Source of the DNA: Candidatus Aminicenantes bacterium
GTDB lineage: Bacteria > Acidobacteriota > Aminicenantia > Aminicenantales > Saccharicenantaceae
Length of the DNA stretch: 64,000 nucleotides
Reading direction: 5' to 3'
NCBI GenBank assembly: GCA_963807525.1
Contig: CAWECI010000008.1
Location: forward strand, 33,011-97,010
The notes below the pieces were generated by a model. That model did no database searches and was not told the origin of the DNA. It was given only the letters and a program-made list of their open reading frames with translations. Position numbers and translations under genes: made by a program. How positions within the stretch are numbered: the first letter of the stretch is position 1; every line of letters starts with the position of its first letter. Positions 26,242-35,422 of the stretch are shown piece by piece.

Positions 26242-27147
26242 ATGTTCCCGGGGGCGGCGGTATCGACGGGCAAGGTCGACAGCGCCTTCTTCTTCATCGT
26301 GGCCTCGTCGGCGACTGCTGCTCCTCCTCGTGACGGCCGATGATGATCATCTTCGTCGTGCGCTACGGCCACCGGCGCCGGCCGCATCCCCAGCCCGTGA
26401 AGGACAACGTGGCGTTGGAGATCGTCTGGACGGTCATCCCGCTCGGCCCTGGTCATGGTCATGTTCTATTTCGGCTACGTCGATTTCGAGTTCATCCGCA
26501 ATCCGCCCGCCGGGGCGATGCCGGTCCAGGTCACGGCGAGGCAGTGGTCGTGGCTCTTCCGCTATGCCAATGGGCGCGAAGACGACGTCCTGCGCGTGCC
26601 CCTCGGCCGGCCGGTCGCGCTGAGCATGACCTCGGTGGACGTCCTCCACTGCCTGTACATCCCGGCTTTCAGGATCAAGGAGGATTGCGTGCCCGGCATG
26701 ACCACGCACCTCTGGTTCGACGCCGACGCGGCCGGGACCTATGAGATCTTCTGCACCGAGTACTGCGGCGTCGGCCACTCGCACATGAGAAGCCAGTGCA
26801 TCGTCATGCCGGCGGCGGATTTCGACAAGTGGTACGCCGCGCCTGAGGAGGCCGGACTGGCGGCCGCGGGGCTCAAGATACTCAAGAGCAAGGGCTGCCT
26901 CGGCTGTCATTCGATCGACGGGTCGCGGAAGGTCGGCCCGACCTTCAAAAGCCTGATCGGGCTTCAACAGGCGGTTACGGCGGCCAGCCGGGCCAGGACG
27001 GTCACGGTGGACGCCGAATACGTCAGGCAATACGTCCTCCGGCCGAACGTCGACGTCGTCAAGGGCTATCAGCCCATCATGCCCAATATCCCGGTGACGA
27101 ATGAAGACCTGGACGCGATCATCGGCTATCTGGAGACCCTCAGATGA
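26242..27147 (+). pseudogene. ctaC: cytochrome c oxidase subunit II with fused C-terminal cytochrome c domain (caa3 type), three frame breaks in the N-terminal TM region
   Basis: MFPGAAVSTGKVDSAFFFIVASS / LLLLLVTA / MMIIFVVRYGHRRR..ALEIVWTVIPLG / LVMVMFYFGY.. . Then an intact cupredoxin domain with the CuA site (HCLYIPAF, FCTEYCGVGHSHM) and the heme c motif CLGCH. Confidence 0.8.
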
Positions 27148-27983
27148 GATTCCTGGCTCTCTGCAAGCCGGTCCTGGCCGGCCTCGCCGCGGCGGCCGCC
27201 GCGGCCGGCTATCTCGTCGTGGCGCCGCACCGGCCGGCCGGCGCCGTCTGGGCGGGACTGGGCACGCTACTGCTGGCCGCCGGGGCCGCAGCGCTCAACC
27301 AATATCAGGAGCGCGAGATCGATCGCCGCATGGACCGGACGAGGGACCGGCCCATCCCCTCGGGCTTGGTCCGTCCCGAGCTGGCCCTGGTCTTTTCGGC
27401 CCTCCTCCTTGGCGCCGGCCTGGTCGTCCTGAGCCGCGGCGGGACCCGGCCGGTCCTGCTGGGAGCTCTGGCCGCGGCCTGGTACAACGGGGTCTACACG
27501 CCTCTCAAGAGGATAAGCCCGATGGCCGTGGTCCCGGGCTCGCTCTCCGGAGCCCTGGCGCCGGCCGTGGGCGCGGCCTTTGCCGGGGCCCGCTTCGACG
27601 ACCCCCGGGTGCTCTTGCTGGCGCTGCTCCTGTTCATTTGGCAGATCCCTCATTTCTGGCTCATCGTCCTCGACCGGGTCCGGGAGTTCCGCGAGGCCGG
27701 CCTGCCCAACCTGCTCGACGTCCTGTCGGAGACGCAGGCCCGGCGTGTCGTCGTTCATTGGGTCCTGGGGACGGCGGCCGCGTCGCTCGTCGTCGCCGGC
27801 TGGGGCGCGGTCGTCTTCCCGGCCACGCGCTGGGCCGTGCTGGCGCTGTCGCTCTGGCTGGCCGGCCGGGCCCTCTGGTTCCGCGCCTCGCCCCTGCGCC
27901 TCGAGCGGTCCCTGTTCCGGACCATGAACATCCATATGGCCATGCTGCTTCTCGCCATCGCCGTCGACAGGCTGTTCCTGTGA
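27144..27983 (+). CDS. ctaB: protoheme IX farnesyltransferase (heme O synthase)
   Basis: UbiA-type motif NQYQEREIDRRMDRTRDRPIPSG, polytopic. ATGA overlap with ctaC. Confidence 0.85.
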   Translation: MRFLALCKPVLAGLAAAAAAAGYLVVAPHRPAGAVWAGLGTLLLAAGAAALNQYQEREIDRRMDRTRDRPIPSGLVRPELALVFSALLLGAGLVVLSRGGTRPVLLGALAAAWYNGVYTPLKRISPMAVVPGSLSGALAPAVGAAFAGARFDDPRVLLLALLLFIWQIPHFWLIVLDRVREFREAGLPNLLDVLSETQARRVVVHWVLGTAAASLVVAGWGAVVFPATRWAVLALSLWLAGRALWFRASPLRLERSLFRTMNIHMAMLLLAIAVDRLFL

Positions 27984-28008
27984 GCGGCGAGGAAACGAGG
28001 CCCTGATC

Positions 28009-28230
28009 ATGAGGGTCGCGATCGACCGCGACCAGTGCATCTCCTGCGGGGCGTGTTACGGGGAATGCCCCCAGGTCTTCGAAGAGAACGGCGACGACTC
28101 CTGGAGCCAGGTCACGGGGCCTTATCGCGTGGACGGGAACATCGCCGTCGGCGAGATCCCCGCGGATCTCGAAACCTGCGCCAAGAACGGGGCCGATGTC
28201 TGCCCCGTCTCCATCATCCACCTCGGCTGA
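28009..28230 (+). CDS. small single-cluster ferredoxin
   Basis: The CISCGAC..ECP and ..CPVSII pattern in a 73-aa acidic protein. Confidence 0.8.
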   Translation: MRVAIDRDQCISCGACYGECPQVFEENGDDSWSQVTGPYRVDGNIAVGEIPADLETCAKNGADVCPVSIIHLG

Positions 28231-28323
28231 GGGCCAAACCCCCTTCCGCGCGGGACCCTGCGGCGCTCCCGCCGGGCAGGCCTGACGGCGGGTCAGCCCG
28301 GCGCCGGGCCGCGGCCCGGACCG

Positions 28324-28914
28324 TCAGTACCGGAGCCGGTTCCCGCGGCGGGACGGCGGATACTGGTCCAGCATCTGGCCCAGGATCTTTTCGAGCTCGC
28401 GGTCGCTGAAATTGTGCCTGGCCGGACCGCCGTAATAATAATCGTAGAGGGCCTTGTCGGCCACGCCGCGCCAGACAAGCTCGTGGGTCTTGGCGTCGAC
28501 AAAGTCCAAGACCAGCGTTCCCTGGGTGTAGGCATAATCATCGGTGGCACCCAGGTACGGCCAGTAATAGCCCCAGCGGGGCCCGTACCAGTACCCCCAG
28601 CCCGTGATGTCGACGCGCTCCTTGAAGCCGACATAGTAATTGATCAGGATATCCGGGTTCTCCTTGGCCGGGGTCAGGCCTTTGTCGGCCAGGATCTCAT
28701 TGGTGACATCTTGGATGCGCTTGCCCAGCAGCGGGTTGCGATCGACGGCTCCCCGGGCGGTGTCCGGCATCTTCTCCGGCTTGGCCATCCAATCGAACGT
28801 CTTGTAGGTCGTGAACGGCGCTCTCCGGTCGAAATCCTCGCTGACTTGGATCGTCGAGCAGCCGACCAGGACGAGCAGGGACGCGGCACAGACTGCCAAA
28901 ATAGTTCTTCTCAT
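28324..28914 (-). CDS. DUF4136-like lipoprotein
   Basis: Lipobox LLVLVGCS. Tyr/Trp-rich middle and the ..LVLDFVDAKTHELVWRG.. motif typical of DUF4136. Confidence 0.7.
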   Translation of the reverse strand: MRRTILAVCAASLLVLVGCSTIQVSEDFDRRAPFTTYKTFDWMAKPEKMPDTARGAVDRNPLLGKRIQDVTNEILADKGLTPAKENPDILINYYVGFKERVDITGWGYWYGPRWGYYWPYLGATDDYAYTQGTLVLDFVDAKTHELVWRGVADKALYDYYYGGPARHNFSDRELEKILGQMLDQYPPSRRGNRLRY

Positions 28915-29012
28915 GTCTCCCCCCTTACGATATCCATTGTAGGCCCTCGGCGGCCGGTCCGCAAACGCCGGAGCTGGGGTCGGCCGCCGGATTGTGCTAG
29001 AATGACGCCGCT

Positions 29013-29366
29013 GTGTTCGAGCATCGGAACGAGCCGCTCCTGCCTCTCCGGCACTTCTGGCGCCGCCAGGTCGTCCATATCCTCATCGGCCTGGGGATCA
29101 TCGCCGCCTCGCTCGGTCTGGGGGTGACCGGCTATCACGTCTTCGAGAACCTGCCCGTCCTCGATGCCCTGGTCAACGCCTCGATGATCCTGGGCGGGAT
29201 GGGGCCGGTCAACCCGATCCTGACCCCCGCCGGCAAGATCTTCGCCTCGTTCTACGCCCTCTATTCCGGCATCGTCTTCCTCGTCGTCGTGGGCGTCATG
29301 ATGGCGCCCCTGATCCACCGCCTGCTCCACCGGCTGCACCTCGACGAGAAGCGGCCGCACGCCTGA
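29013..29366 (+). CDS. small integral membrane protein (three hydrophobic segments), unknown function
   Basis: GTG start located about 10 nt after a TGCTAGAAT extended -10-like box (28996-29003). Hydrophobic helices VHILIGLGIIAASLGLGV and IFASFYALYSGIVFLVVVGVMM. Confidence 0.55.
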   Translation: MFEHRNEPLLPLRHFWRRQVVHILIGLGIIAASLGLGVTGYHVFENLPVLDALVNASMILGGMGPVNPILTPAGKIFASFYALYSGIVFLVVVGVMMAPLIHRLLHRLHLDEKRPHA

Positions 29367-29378
29367 TCCTCCCCGGGC

Positions 29379-30341
29379 TCAAGGGATCAGGACGATCTTG
29401 CCGTAGGCCGGGCTCTCCATGATCGTATGATGGGCCCGGGGCGCTTCAGCCAGGGGCATCTCCTCGCCAACGACCGGACGAAGCGCGCCCTGGCGGAGGC
29501 CGGCCTCGAGCGCGGCGAAGATCTCGGCCTTTTCACTGTCGGTCGTTTTGTAAAGCGTCAGGCCGAGGATCGTCGCCTGGCTCCACATGATGTCCCGCGG
29601 CGTGATCTCGACGCGGCCGCGGCTGCCGATAATGACCAGGCGGCCGCCGGGGGCCAGGACCTGGAGGTCCCTGTCGAGGTTGACGTTGGCCAGCATCTCC
29701 AGGAGGACATGGACGCCCCGGTTACCGGTCAGGGCGGGCAGCTGATCGAGATAGCCGGGCGTCCGGTGATCAAGGACGTGATCGGCCCCCTGCTCCCGGA
29801 CGAGCCTCCGGCCGCGCTCGCTCCCGGCCGTCCCGATGACGGTCAGGCCGGCGGCATGGGCGAGTTGGACGGCGGCCGTGCCCACCCCGCCCGAGGCCCC
29901 GTGGACAAGGACCGTCTCGGCCAGCCGCGCCTGGGCCCGCTTGAAGAGGGCCCGGTAGGCGGTGCCGTACGGGATGTAGATGCCGGCCCCCTGGCTGAAG
30001 GTCACGTTCTCCGGCAGCGGATGGACCTGTCCCTCGTCGCACAAGGCCAGCTCGGCGTAGGCGCCCGAGATCGTCCCGGACGTATAGACGCGGTCGCCAG
30101 CCTTGACCCGGGTGACGCCTTCGCCGGCCGACTCTACGAGGCCGCCGGCGTCCGAGCCGGGCGTGAACGGCAGCACCGGCCGCCGGCCGTAGGCGCCTGA
30201 CCTCGAGTAGGCGTCCGTCGGATTGACGCCCGCGGCCTTGACCCTGACCACGACCTGCCCAGGTCCCGGGCGCGGATCGGCGGTCTCGGCCAGCGTCATG
30301 ACCTCCGGCGGGCCGAATTCGTGGACACGGATCGCTTTCAT
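29379..30341 (-). CDS. zinc-type NADPH:quinone oxidoreductase (MDR superfamily, Qor-like)
   Basis: MKAIRVHEFGPPEVM.., GVNPTD.., the VLVHGASGGVGTAAVQLA Rossmann motif, and ..HHTIMESPAYGKIVLIP at the C-terminus. Confidence 0.85.
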   Translation of the reverse strand: MKAIRVHEFGPPEVMTLAETADPRPGPGQVVVRVKAAGVNPTDAYSRSGAYGRRPVLPFTPGSDAGGLVESAGEGVTRVKAGDRVYTSGTISGAYAELALCDEGQVHPLPENVTFSQGAGIYIPYGTAYRALFKRAQARLAETVLVHGASGGVGTAAVQLAHAAGLTVIGTAGSERGRRLVREQGADHVLDHRTPGYLDQLPALTGNRGVHVLLEMLANVNLDRDLQVLAPGGRLVIIGSRGRVEITPRDIMWSQATILGLTLYKTTDSEKAEIFAALEAGLRQGALRPVVGEEMPLAEAPRAHHTIMESPAYGKIVLIP

Positions 30342-30409
30342 GGCTCCCCCCTTTTCGTATTCGCCCGATGAGGGCGTCAGGTCCGGGCGGTCCTGCGGCC
30401 CTGTGGGCG

Positions 30410-30640
30410 TCAGGCCGGCGGCGGACCCGCCGGCGGAGGCGGCGCGGACGGGGGCTGAGGTCGCCGCCGCCTCGACACGGCGATAAGGATGATGCCCGCG
30501 ACGACCGCGATGGCGCCATAGATCGCCCAGTGGATATCCCCGGTCATGAAACTTCCTGGAAGGACGTTGACGCCCTGCAGGATCCAGACGGCGCCAAGGA
30601 TGATGAGCAGGATGCCGATGACGGTGATCAGGGCTCTCAT
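30410..30640 (-). CDS. 76-aa two-helix membrane protein with Pro-rich tail
   Basis: MRALITVIGILLIILGAVWILQG..AIYGAIAVVAGIILIAV. A TATAAT box lies on the minus strand at 30679-30684, and there is a GAAGGGGGG SD. Confidence 0.5.
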   Translation of the reverse strand: MRALITVIGILLIILGAVWILQGVNVLPGSFMTGDIHWAIYGAIAVVAGIILIAVSRRRRPQPPSAPPPPAGPPPA

Positions 30641-30749
30641 GATCCCCCCTTCAGAGGCCGCTAGCCGAACCCTCCTCTATTATAGCGGAAACAGCCGTCT
30701 TGACAGGCACCGACGGGGCGAATTATCTTTCGCGGGACGGGAGGACAAC

Positions 30750-32570
30750 ATGAGAACGACCGCCCTGGCCCTGGTCGCCATCGTAACTTTCGCGGCCGCC
30801 GCCGCGGCCGCCGAGATCCATGTCGCCGTGACCGGCAGGGACTCGAACCCGGGGACCGCGGCCGCGCCGCTGCGGACGATCCAGCGCGCGGCGGATCTCT
30901 CCCGGCCCGGCGATATCATCACCGTGCACGCCGGCGTCTACCGCGAACGGGTCCATCCGCCCGTCGGCGGCATCTCGGAGACGCGGCGGATCACCTATCA
31001 GGCCGCGCCCGGCGAAAGGGTCGAGATCAAGGGGTCCGAGATCGTCAAGGATTGGGTCCCGGTCCGGGACGGGGTTTGGAAGGCCGTCATCCCCAACTCC
31101 TTCTTCGGCGCCTTCAATCCCTACGCCGACCTCATCCGCGGCGATTGGTTCGAGCCCAAGGGCCGGGCCCATCACACCGGGGCCGTCTACCTCGACGGCG
31201 AGTGGCTGACCGAGGCGGCCCAGCTGGACGACGTGCTCAAGCCCGCGGGTCCGTCGCCGCTGTGGTTCGGCCGGGTCGACACGGACGCGACCACGCTCTG
31301 GGCCCAATTCGGGGCTATCGACCCGCAGGCCCATCTGATCGAGATCAATGTCCGCCCGACCGTGTTCTTCCCGGACAAGACCGGCGTCGACTACATCACG
31401 GTCCGCGGCTTCATCCTGCGGCAGGCGGCCACGAATTGGGCCCCGCCGACGGCCGGCCAGCCCGGCCTCATCGGGCCGCACTGGAGCAAGGGCTGGATCA
31501 TCGAGAAGAACGTCATCAGCCACTCGGTCTGCTCGGGCGTCTCGCTCGGCAAGTACGGGGACGATTTCGACAACACCTCGAAGGACACCGCCGAGGGCTA
31601 CGTCAAGACGATCGAGCGGGCCCTGGCCCACGGCTGGCACCAGGGCACGGTCGGGGGCCACATCGTCCGCGACAATGTCATCTCCCACTGCGAGCAGGCC
31701 GGGATCGTCGGCAGCCTGGGCGCGGCCTTCAGCGTCATCACCGGCAATACCATCCACGACATCCATGTCCGGCAGCTGTTCACCGGGGCGGAGATGGCCG
31801 GCATCAAGCTCCACGCCGCGATCGACGTCGTCATCGGCGGCAACCACATCTACCGGACCGTCCGGGGGCTGTGGCTCGACTGGATGGCCCAGGGCACGCG
31901 GGTGACCGGCAATCTCTTTCACGACAACCTGAACGAGGACCTGTTCGTCGAGGTGGACCACGGGCCGTTCCTGGTGGACAACAACGTCTTCCTGTCGCCG
32001 AAGACCCTGCTCTCGGTCTCCCAGGGCGGGGCCTATGTCCACAACCTCATCGCCGGGGCCATCCAAAGCATCGCCTTTGACGCCCGGCAGACCCCGTTCC
32101 TCAAGGCCCACTCGACCGACCTCTCGGGGATGCACGACAACCCCTTCGGCGACGACAAGTACTTCAACAACCTGTTCATCGGCCCGGCCGATCTGAGCCT
32201 CTACGACCAGGCGCCCTTAGCGGTGAAGATGGACGGCAACGTGTTCCTGGAGGGGGCCAAGCCGTCGATCCGCGAACCCGGTCCGGTCGTGAGGCCGGCC
32301 TATGATCCCGGCCTGAAGCTGGTCGAAAAAGCGGACGGCTTCTATCTACGACTCAAGCTGGACGAGCCGCTCGACGGCAGAACGCGCCGCTTGGTCACGA
32401 CGGAGCTTCTGGGAACGGCCACGATCCCGGACCTGCCCTACGAGCAGGCCGATGGTCAGCCGGTCCGGATCGACATCGACCATCTGGGAAAGGCGCGGGA
32501 TCCGGGGCACCCGACGCCCGGCCCGTTCGAGAGGCTCAGGACGGGACAGCTCGAGCTGAAGCTCCGCTAG
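30750..32570 (+). CDS. secreted right-handed parallel beta-helix (pectate-lyase fold) protein
   Basis: ATG 30750 has a GGGAGGA SD and a signal peptide. IHVAVTGRDSNPGTAAAPLRTIQRAADLSRPGDIITVHAGVYRE is the classic N-terminal cap of beta-helix enzymes. Repeated ..GN.I.. rungs. Confidence 0.75.
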   Translation: MRTTALALVAIVTFAAAAAAAEIHVAVTGRDSNPGTAAAPLRTIQRAADLSRPGDIITVHAGVYRERVHPPVGGISETRRITYQAAPGERVEIKGSEIVKDWVPVRDGVWKAVIPNSFFGAFNPYADLIRGDWFEPKGRAHHTGAVYLDGEWLTEAAQLDDVLKPAGPSPLWFGRVDTDATTLWAQFGAIDPQAHLIEINVRPTVFFPDKTGVDYITVRGFILRQAATNWAPPTAGQPGLIGPHWSKGWIIEKNVISHSVCSGVSLGKYGDDFDNTSKDTAEGYVKTIERALAHGWHQGTVGGHIVRDNVISHCEQAGIVGSLGAAFSVITGNTIHDIHVRQLFTGAEMAGIKLHAAIDVVIGGNHIYRTVRGLWLDWMAQGTRVTGNLFHDNLNEDLFVEVDHGPFLVDNNVFLSPKTLLSVSQGGAYVHNLIAGAIQSIAFDARQTPFLKAHSTDLSGMHDNPFGDDKYFNNLFIGPADLSLYDQAPLAVKMDGNVFLEGAKPSIREPGPVVRPAYDPGLKLVEKADGFYLRLKLDEPLDGRTRRLVTTELLGTATIPDLPYEQADGQPVRIDIDHLGKARDPGHPTPGPFERLRTGQLELKLR

Positions 32571-32595
32571 CGGAGGCGAGAGCGAAGGCCCTTCC

Positions 32596-32973
32596 CTACT
32601 TCTTGACCTCGACCAGGTCGGCCCCGCAGGAGCACTTGCCCGGCTTCTGGCTGATCGTGCCGCAGGCGCACGAAGGACCGCAGCCACACATGTATTTGCC
32701 GACTGTTTTGAAGGTCTGCTCCTTGCCGCCGATGACAAGCACCGCCGTTCCCGCGCCGACGGACTTGACCTTGGCCTTGACCAGCGGCTGGCCGCAGGCG
32801 CAGGTCCCGGGCTGGCGCGACAAGGTCTGGCAATCGCATCCCGCTCCGCAGCCGCAGGCAAAGATCTCGTCTCCGGGCTTGAGGACCAAGCGGCTCCGGT
32901 CCTGAGCCATGAGCAGCACGGCCGCCCCAACGGCGATGAGGATGCCGAGAACCGCGAAAGACGTTCTCTTCAT
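32596..32973 (-). CDS. membrane-anchored or secreted protein with two copies of a 6-Cys motif
   Basis: Signal/anchor MKRTSFAVLGILIAVGAAVLLMA. Then ACGCGAGCDCQTLSRQPGTCACGQPLV and MCGCGPSCACGTISQKPGKCSCGADLV. Confidence 0.65.
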   Translation of the reverse strand: MKRTSFAVLGILIAVGAAVLLMAQDRSRLVLKPGDEIFACGCGAGCDCQTLSRQPGTCACGQPLVKAKVKSVGAGTAVLVIGGKEQTFKTVGKYMCGCGPSCACGTISQKPGKCSCGADLVEVKK

Positions 32974-33060
32974 GTCTTCCCCCTTGATGATCAGATGTCC
33001 TATCCGATCTCCATCGTACCACCTCCCGGCCTGAGCTCAAAGCCCGGTCAAAGAGCCCCG

Positions 33061-33089
33061 TTGACTCGGGCCCGGCAAACGGCTAGTCT
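33061..33089 (+). promoter_or_regulatory. sigma70-type promoter for the 33126-35422 pair
   Basis: TTGACT-17 nt-TAGTCT, then a GAGGAGG SD before ATG 33126. Confidence 0.4.
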
Positions 33090-33125
33090 TGAAAGCTCAC
33101 CGGCTGCACCGAGGAGGCGCACCAG

Positions 33126-33647
33126 ATGATCCAATCCGTCATCAAGATCCTCAAGGTCCTCAACTCCGAGACGCATCCCTCCCAGATCTCGCTGGGGCTG
33201 TGCCTCTCGGTCATCGTCGCCTTTACGCCGAAGTTCAGCGTCCACAACGTCATCATCTATCTCCTGATCCTGTTCTTCCGCATCAACCTGTCGGCCTTCC
33301 TGCTCGGCGGCTTCCTCTTCGCCGGCGTGGGCTATCTCCTCGATCCGGTCTTCCACCGGATCGGCCTGGCCGTCCTGACGGCTCCCTGGCTCGAGCGCAT
33401 TTGGACCGCCTTCTACAACGCGACCATGCCCCGGGTCGAGGGCTTCAACAACACCGTGGTCATGGGCAGCCTCCTGGCCGCGCTGGTCCTGTTCGGGCCG
33501 CTCTACATCCTCTTCAACAAGACCATTCTCTATTACCGCAAGCACGTCTACGCCCGCGTCCAGAAGCTCAAGATCATGAAGGCCATCAAGGCCAACGACT
33601 TCTATCAAAGATACCAAAGCCTCAAGGACTGGGGAGGCCTGTCATGA
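33126..33647 (+). CDS. small polytopic membrane protein (resembles the TIGR03546 / DUF2062-like family)
   Basis: MIQSVIKILKVLNSETHP.QISLG...G.. is an N-terminus typical of that family. ATGA overlap with the next gene. Confidence 0.6.
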   Translation: MIQSVIKILKVLNSETHPSQISLGLCLSVIVAFTPKFSVHNVIIYLLILFFRINLSAFLLGGFLFAGVGYLLDPVFHRIGLAVLTAPWLERIWTAFYNATMPRVEGFNNTVVMGSLLAALVLFGPLYILFNKTILYYRKHVYARVQKLKIMKAIKANDFYQRYQSLKDWGGLS

Positions 33648-35422
33648 AGGCGCCGGCGAAGACCGGTCAGGCCGCGACCGCCCCCCAAAGATCGAAACTC
33701 GTCCGCTGGCAGGGACTCCTCATCTTCGTCATCCTGGCCGTCCTCGTGGCCGGTTTCTGGATCCTCTTTATCGACCGGATCGCCGAGCGGACGATCGAGA
33801 GGACGGGCACGGCCCTCGTCGGCGCCAAGGTCGAGCTCGACCGGGCCGATGTCTCCTTCTCCCCGCTGGGCCTGACCCTGCTCGGCCTCAAGGTCACCAA
33901 TCCCGACGCGCCCATGACGAACGCCTTCGAGGTCGGCCGGATCGCCTTCCACCTGGACGGCCCGAATGCCTTGCGGCACAAGATCATCATCGAGGAGATG
34001 AGCGTCGAGAGCGTGCGGCTCAACACGCCGCGGCAGACCTCGGGGGCCGTGGCCGCGGCCACAGGCAAGACCCCGCTCGAGCAGCTGGCCGAGCTGCCCT
34101 CGTTCGTCATCCCCAACGTCAAGGAGGTCTTCGAACAGGAGAAGAACGGCCTCCGGTCGGTCCAGCTTCTGACCGGGGCCGCGGCCGACGGCCAGGTCCT
34201 ACGGGCCCGCTGGGAGGCCCGGCTCAAGGAGCTCCAGGCCGCCGCGGACGTCGACAAGTACCAGAAACAGTACGAGGCCCTCAAGGCCAAGACCGGCAAG
34301 GCCTCGATCGGCAACCTCCTCGGCGGGGCCAAGGACGTCATCGCCCTTCAGAAGCAGGTCCGCGACGACATCAAGACCGTGACCGAGGCCAAGAAGGCCT
34401 TCGCCGCCGACCTCACGACCCTGAAGAAGGCGGCCACGGACACGCCGGCGGCGGTCCGCGACGACGCCCAGCGCCTGCTCGACAAGTACGCCCTCACGCC
34501 GTCCGGCCTGGCCAACATGAGTCGGGCCCTGTTCGGCCCCAAGATCGCGGCCAACGTCCGGTCGGCCCTCCAGTGGAACGAGCGGCTGGCCCCCTTCATC
34601 GATCGGGTCAAGGAGAAGATCCGCGGCCAAGAGGTCGTCAAGCCGCTCCGGGCCAAGGGCCGCGACGTCCGGTTCCGCGAGGACCATCCCTTGCCGGACT
34701 TCCTGGCCCGCTTGTCCAAGGTATCGGTCAGCCTGCCGCAGGGCGATTTCGCCGGCAGGATCGAGAACATGACCTCGGACCAGGACATCCTCGGGCAGCC
34801 GCTGAAGTTCTCGTTCTCGGCCGCGAACCTCAAAGGGCTTCGGTCGGCCTCCCTGCAGGGCACGTTCGACCGCGTTCGCCCAGACGCGCATAGGGACGTC
34901 CTGAACCTGAGCCTCCGCGGCTACGAAGCGAAGGACGTCAAGCTCGTCGAAAGCAAGACCCTGCCCGTCTCGCTCAAACAGGGGCTGGCCGACCTGGATG
35001 TCAGCGCCACCGTCGAAAAGGGCCGCCTCGCGGCCCGGATCGTCGCGGGCGTGAGCGGCGCGCGGCTGGCGGTCGAAAAGCTCGAGAGACGGGACGGGCT
35101 GGCGGGGCGGGTGGACGACGCCATCCGGAGCGCCCTGAGCGGGATCTCGAGCCTTAACCTGACGGCGGAGATCTCGGGGACGCCGGACGACTTCGATCTG
35201 AAGGTCCGCTCCGACCTCGACGACGTGCTGAAGGGCGCGGTGAGCGCTCTCGTCCGCGGCGAGATGGCCGGGTTCGAAAAGGGCCTCACGGATGCGATCA
35301 ATGGCCAGGTCGCGGCCCCGCTCGAAAAGCTGGGCCTCGGGATCAAAGGCCTGGACACGGTCGGGCTCGGTCTCGACGGCCTCGACAAGCGGTTGGGAGA
35401 CCTGCTCAAGAAGCTGAAGTGA
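33644..35422 (+). CDS. N-terminally anchored AsmA-like / TIGR03545-like protein
   Basis: A single N-terminal TM helix (WQGLLIFVILAVLVAGFWILF) then a long soluble domain. This is the usual partner gene of the preceding family. The track ORF start 33089 is an out-of-frame read-through. Confidence 0.6.
   Translation: MKAPAKTGQAATAPQRSKLVRWQGLLIFVILAVLVAGFWILFIDRIAERTIERTGTALVGAKVELDRADVSFSPLGLTLLGLKVTNPDAPMTNAFEVGRIAFHLDGPNALRHKIIIEEMSVESVRLNTPRQTSGAVAAATGKTPLEQLAELPSFVIPNVKEVFEQEKNGLRSVQLLTGAAADGQVLRARWEARLKELQAAADVDKYQKQYEALKAKTGKASIGNLLGGAKDVIALQKQVRDDIKTVTEAKKAFAADLTTLKKAATDTPAAVRDDAQRLLDKYALTPSGLANMSRALFGPKIAANVRSALQWNERLAPFIDRVKEKIRGQEVVKPLRAKGRDVRFREDHPLPDFLARLSKVSVSLPQGDFAGRIENMTSDQDILGQPLKFSFSAANLKGLRSASLQGTFDRVRPDAHRDVLNLSLRGYEAKDVKLVESKTLPVSLKQGLADLDVSATVEKGRLAARIVAGVSGARLAVEKLERRDGLAGRVDDAIRSALSGISSLNLTAEISGTPDDFDLKVRSDLDDVLKGAVSALVRGEMAGFEKGLTDAINGQVAAPLEKLGLGIKGLDTVGLGLDGLDKRLGDLLKKLK

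Noticed and set aside
25750-26450. Programmed +1 ribosomal frameshifting or transcript slippage as an explanation for the oxidase frame breaks
   Set aside because: There are seven or eight sites with no shared slippery or stimulatory motif. Only some are homopolymers, and comparable isolated breaks occur in unrelated genes. Indel error or decay is far more parsimonious, but reads are needed to settle it.
30723-32135. 470-aa minus-strand ORF
   Set aside because: It is antisense to the beta-helix protein gene.
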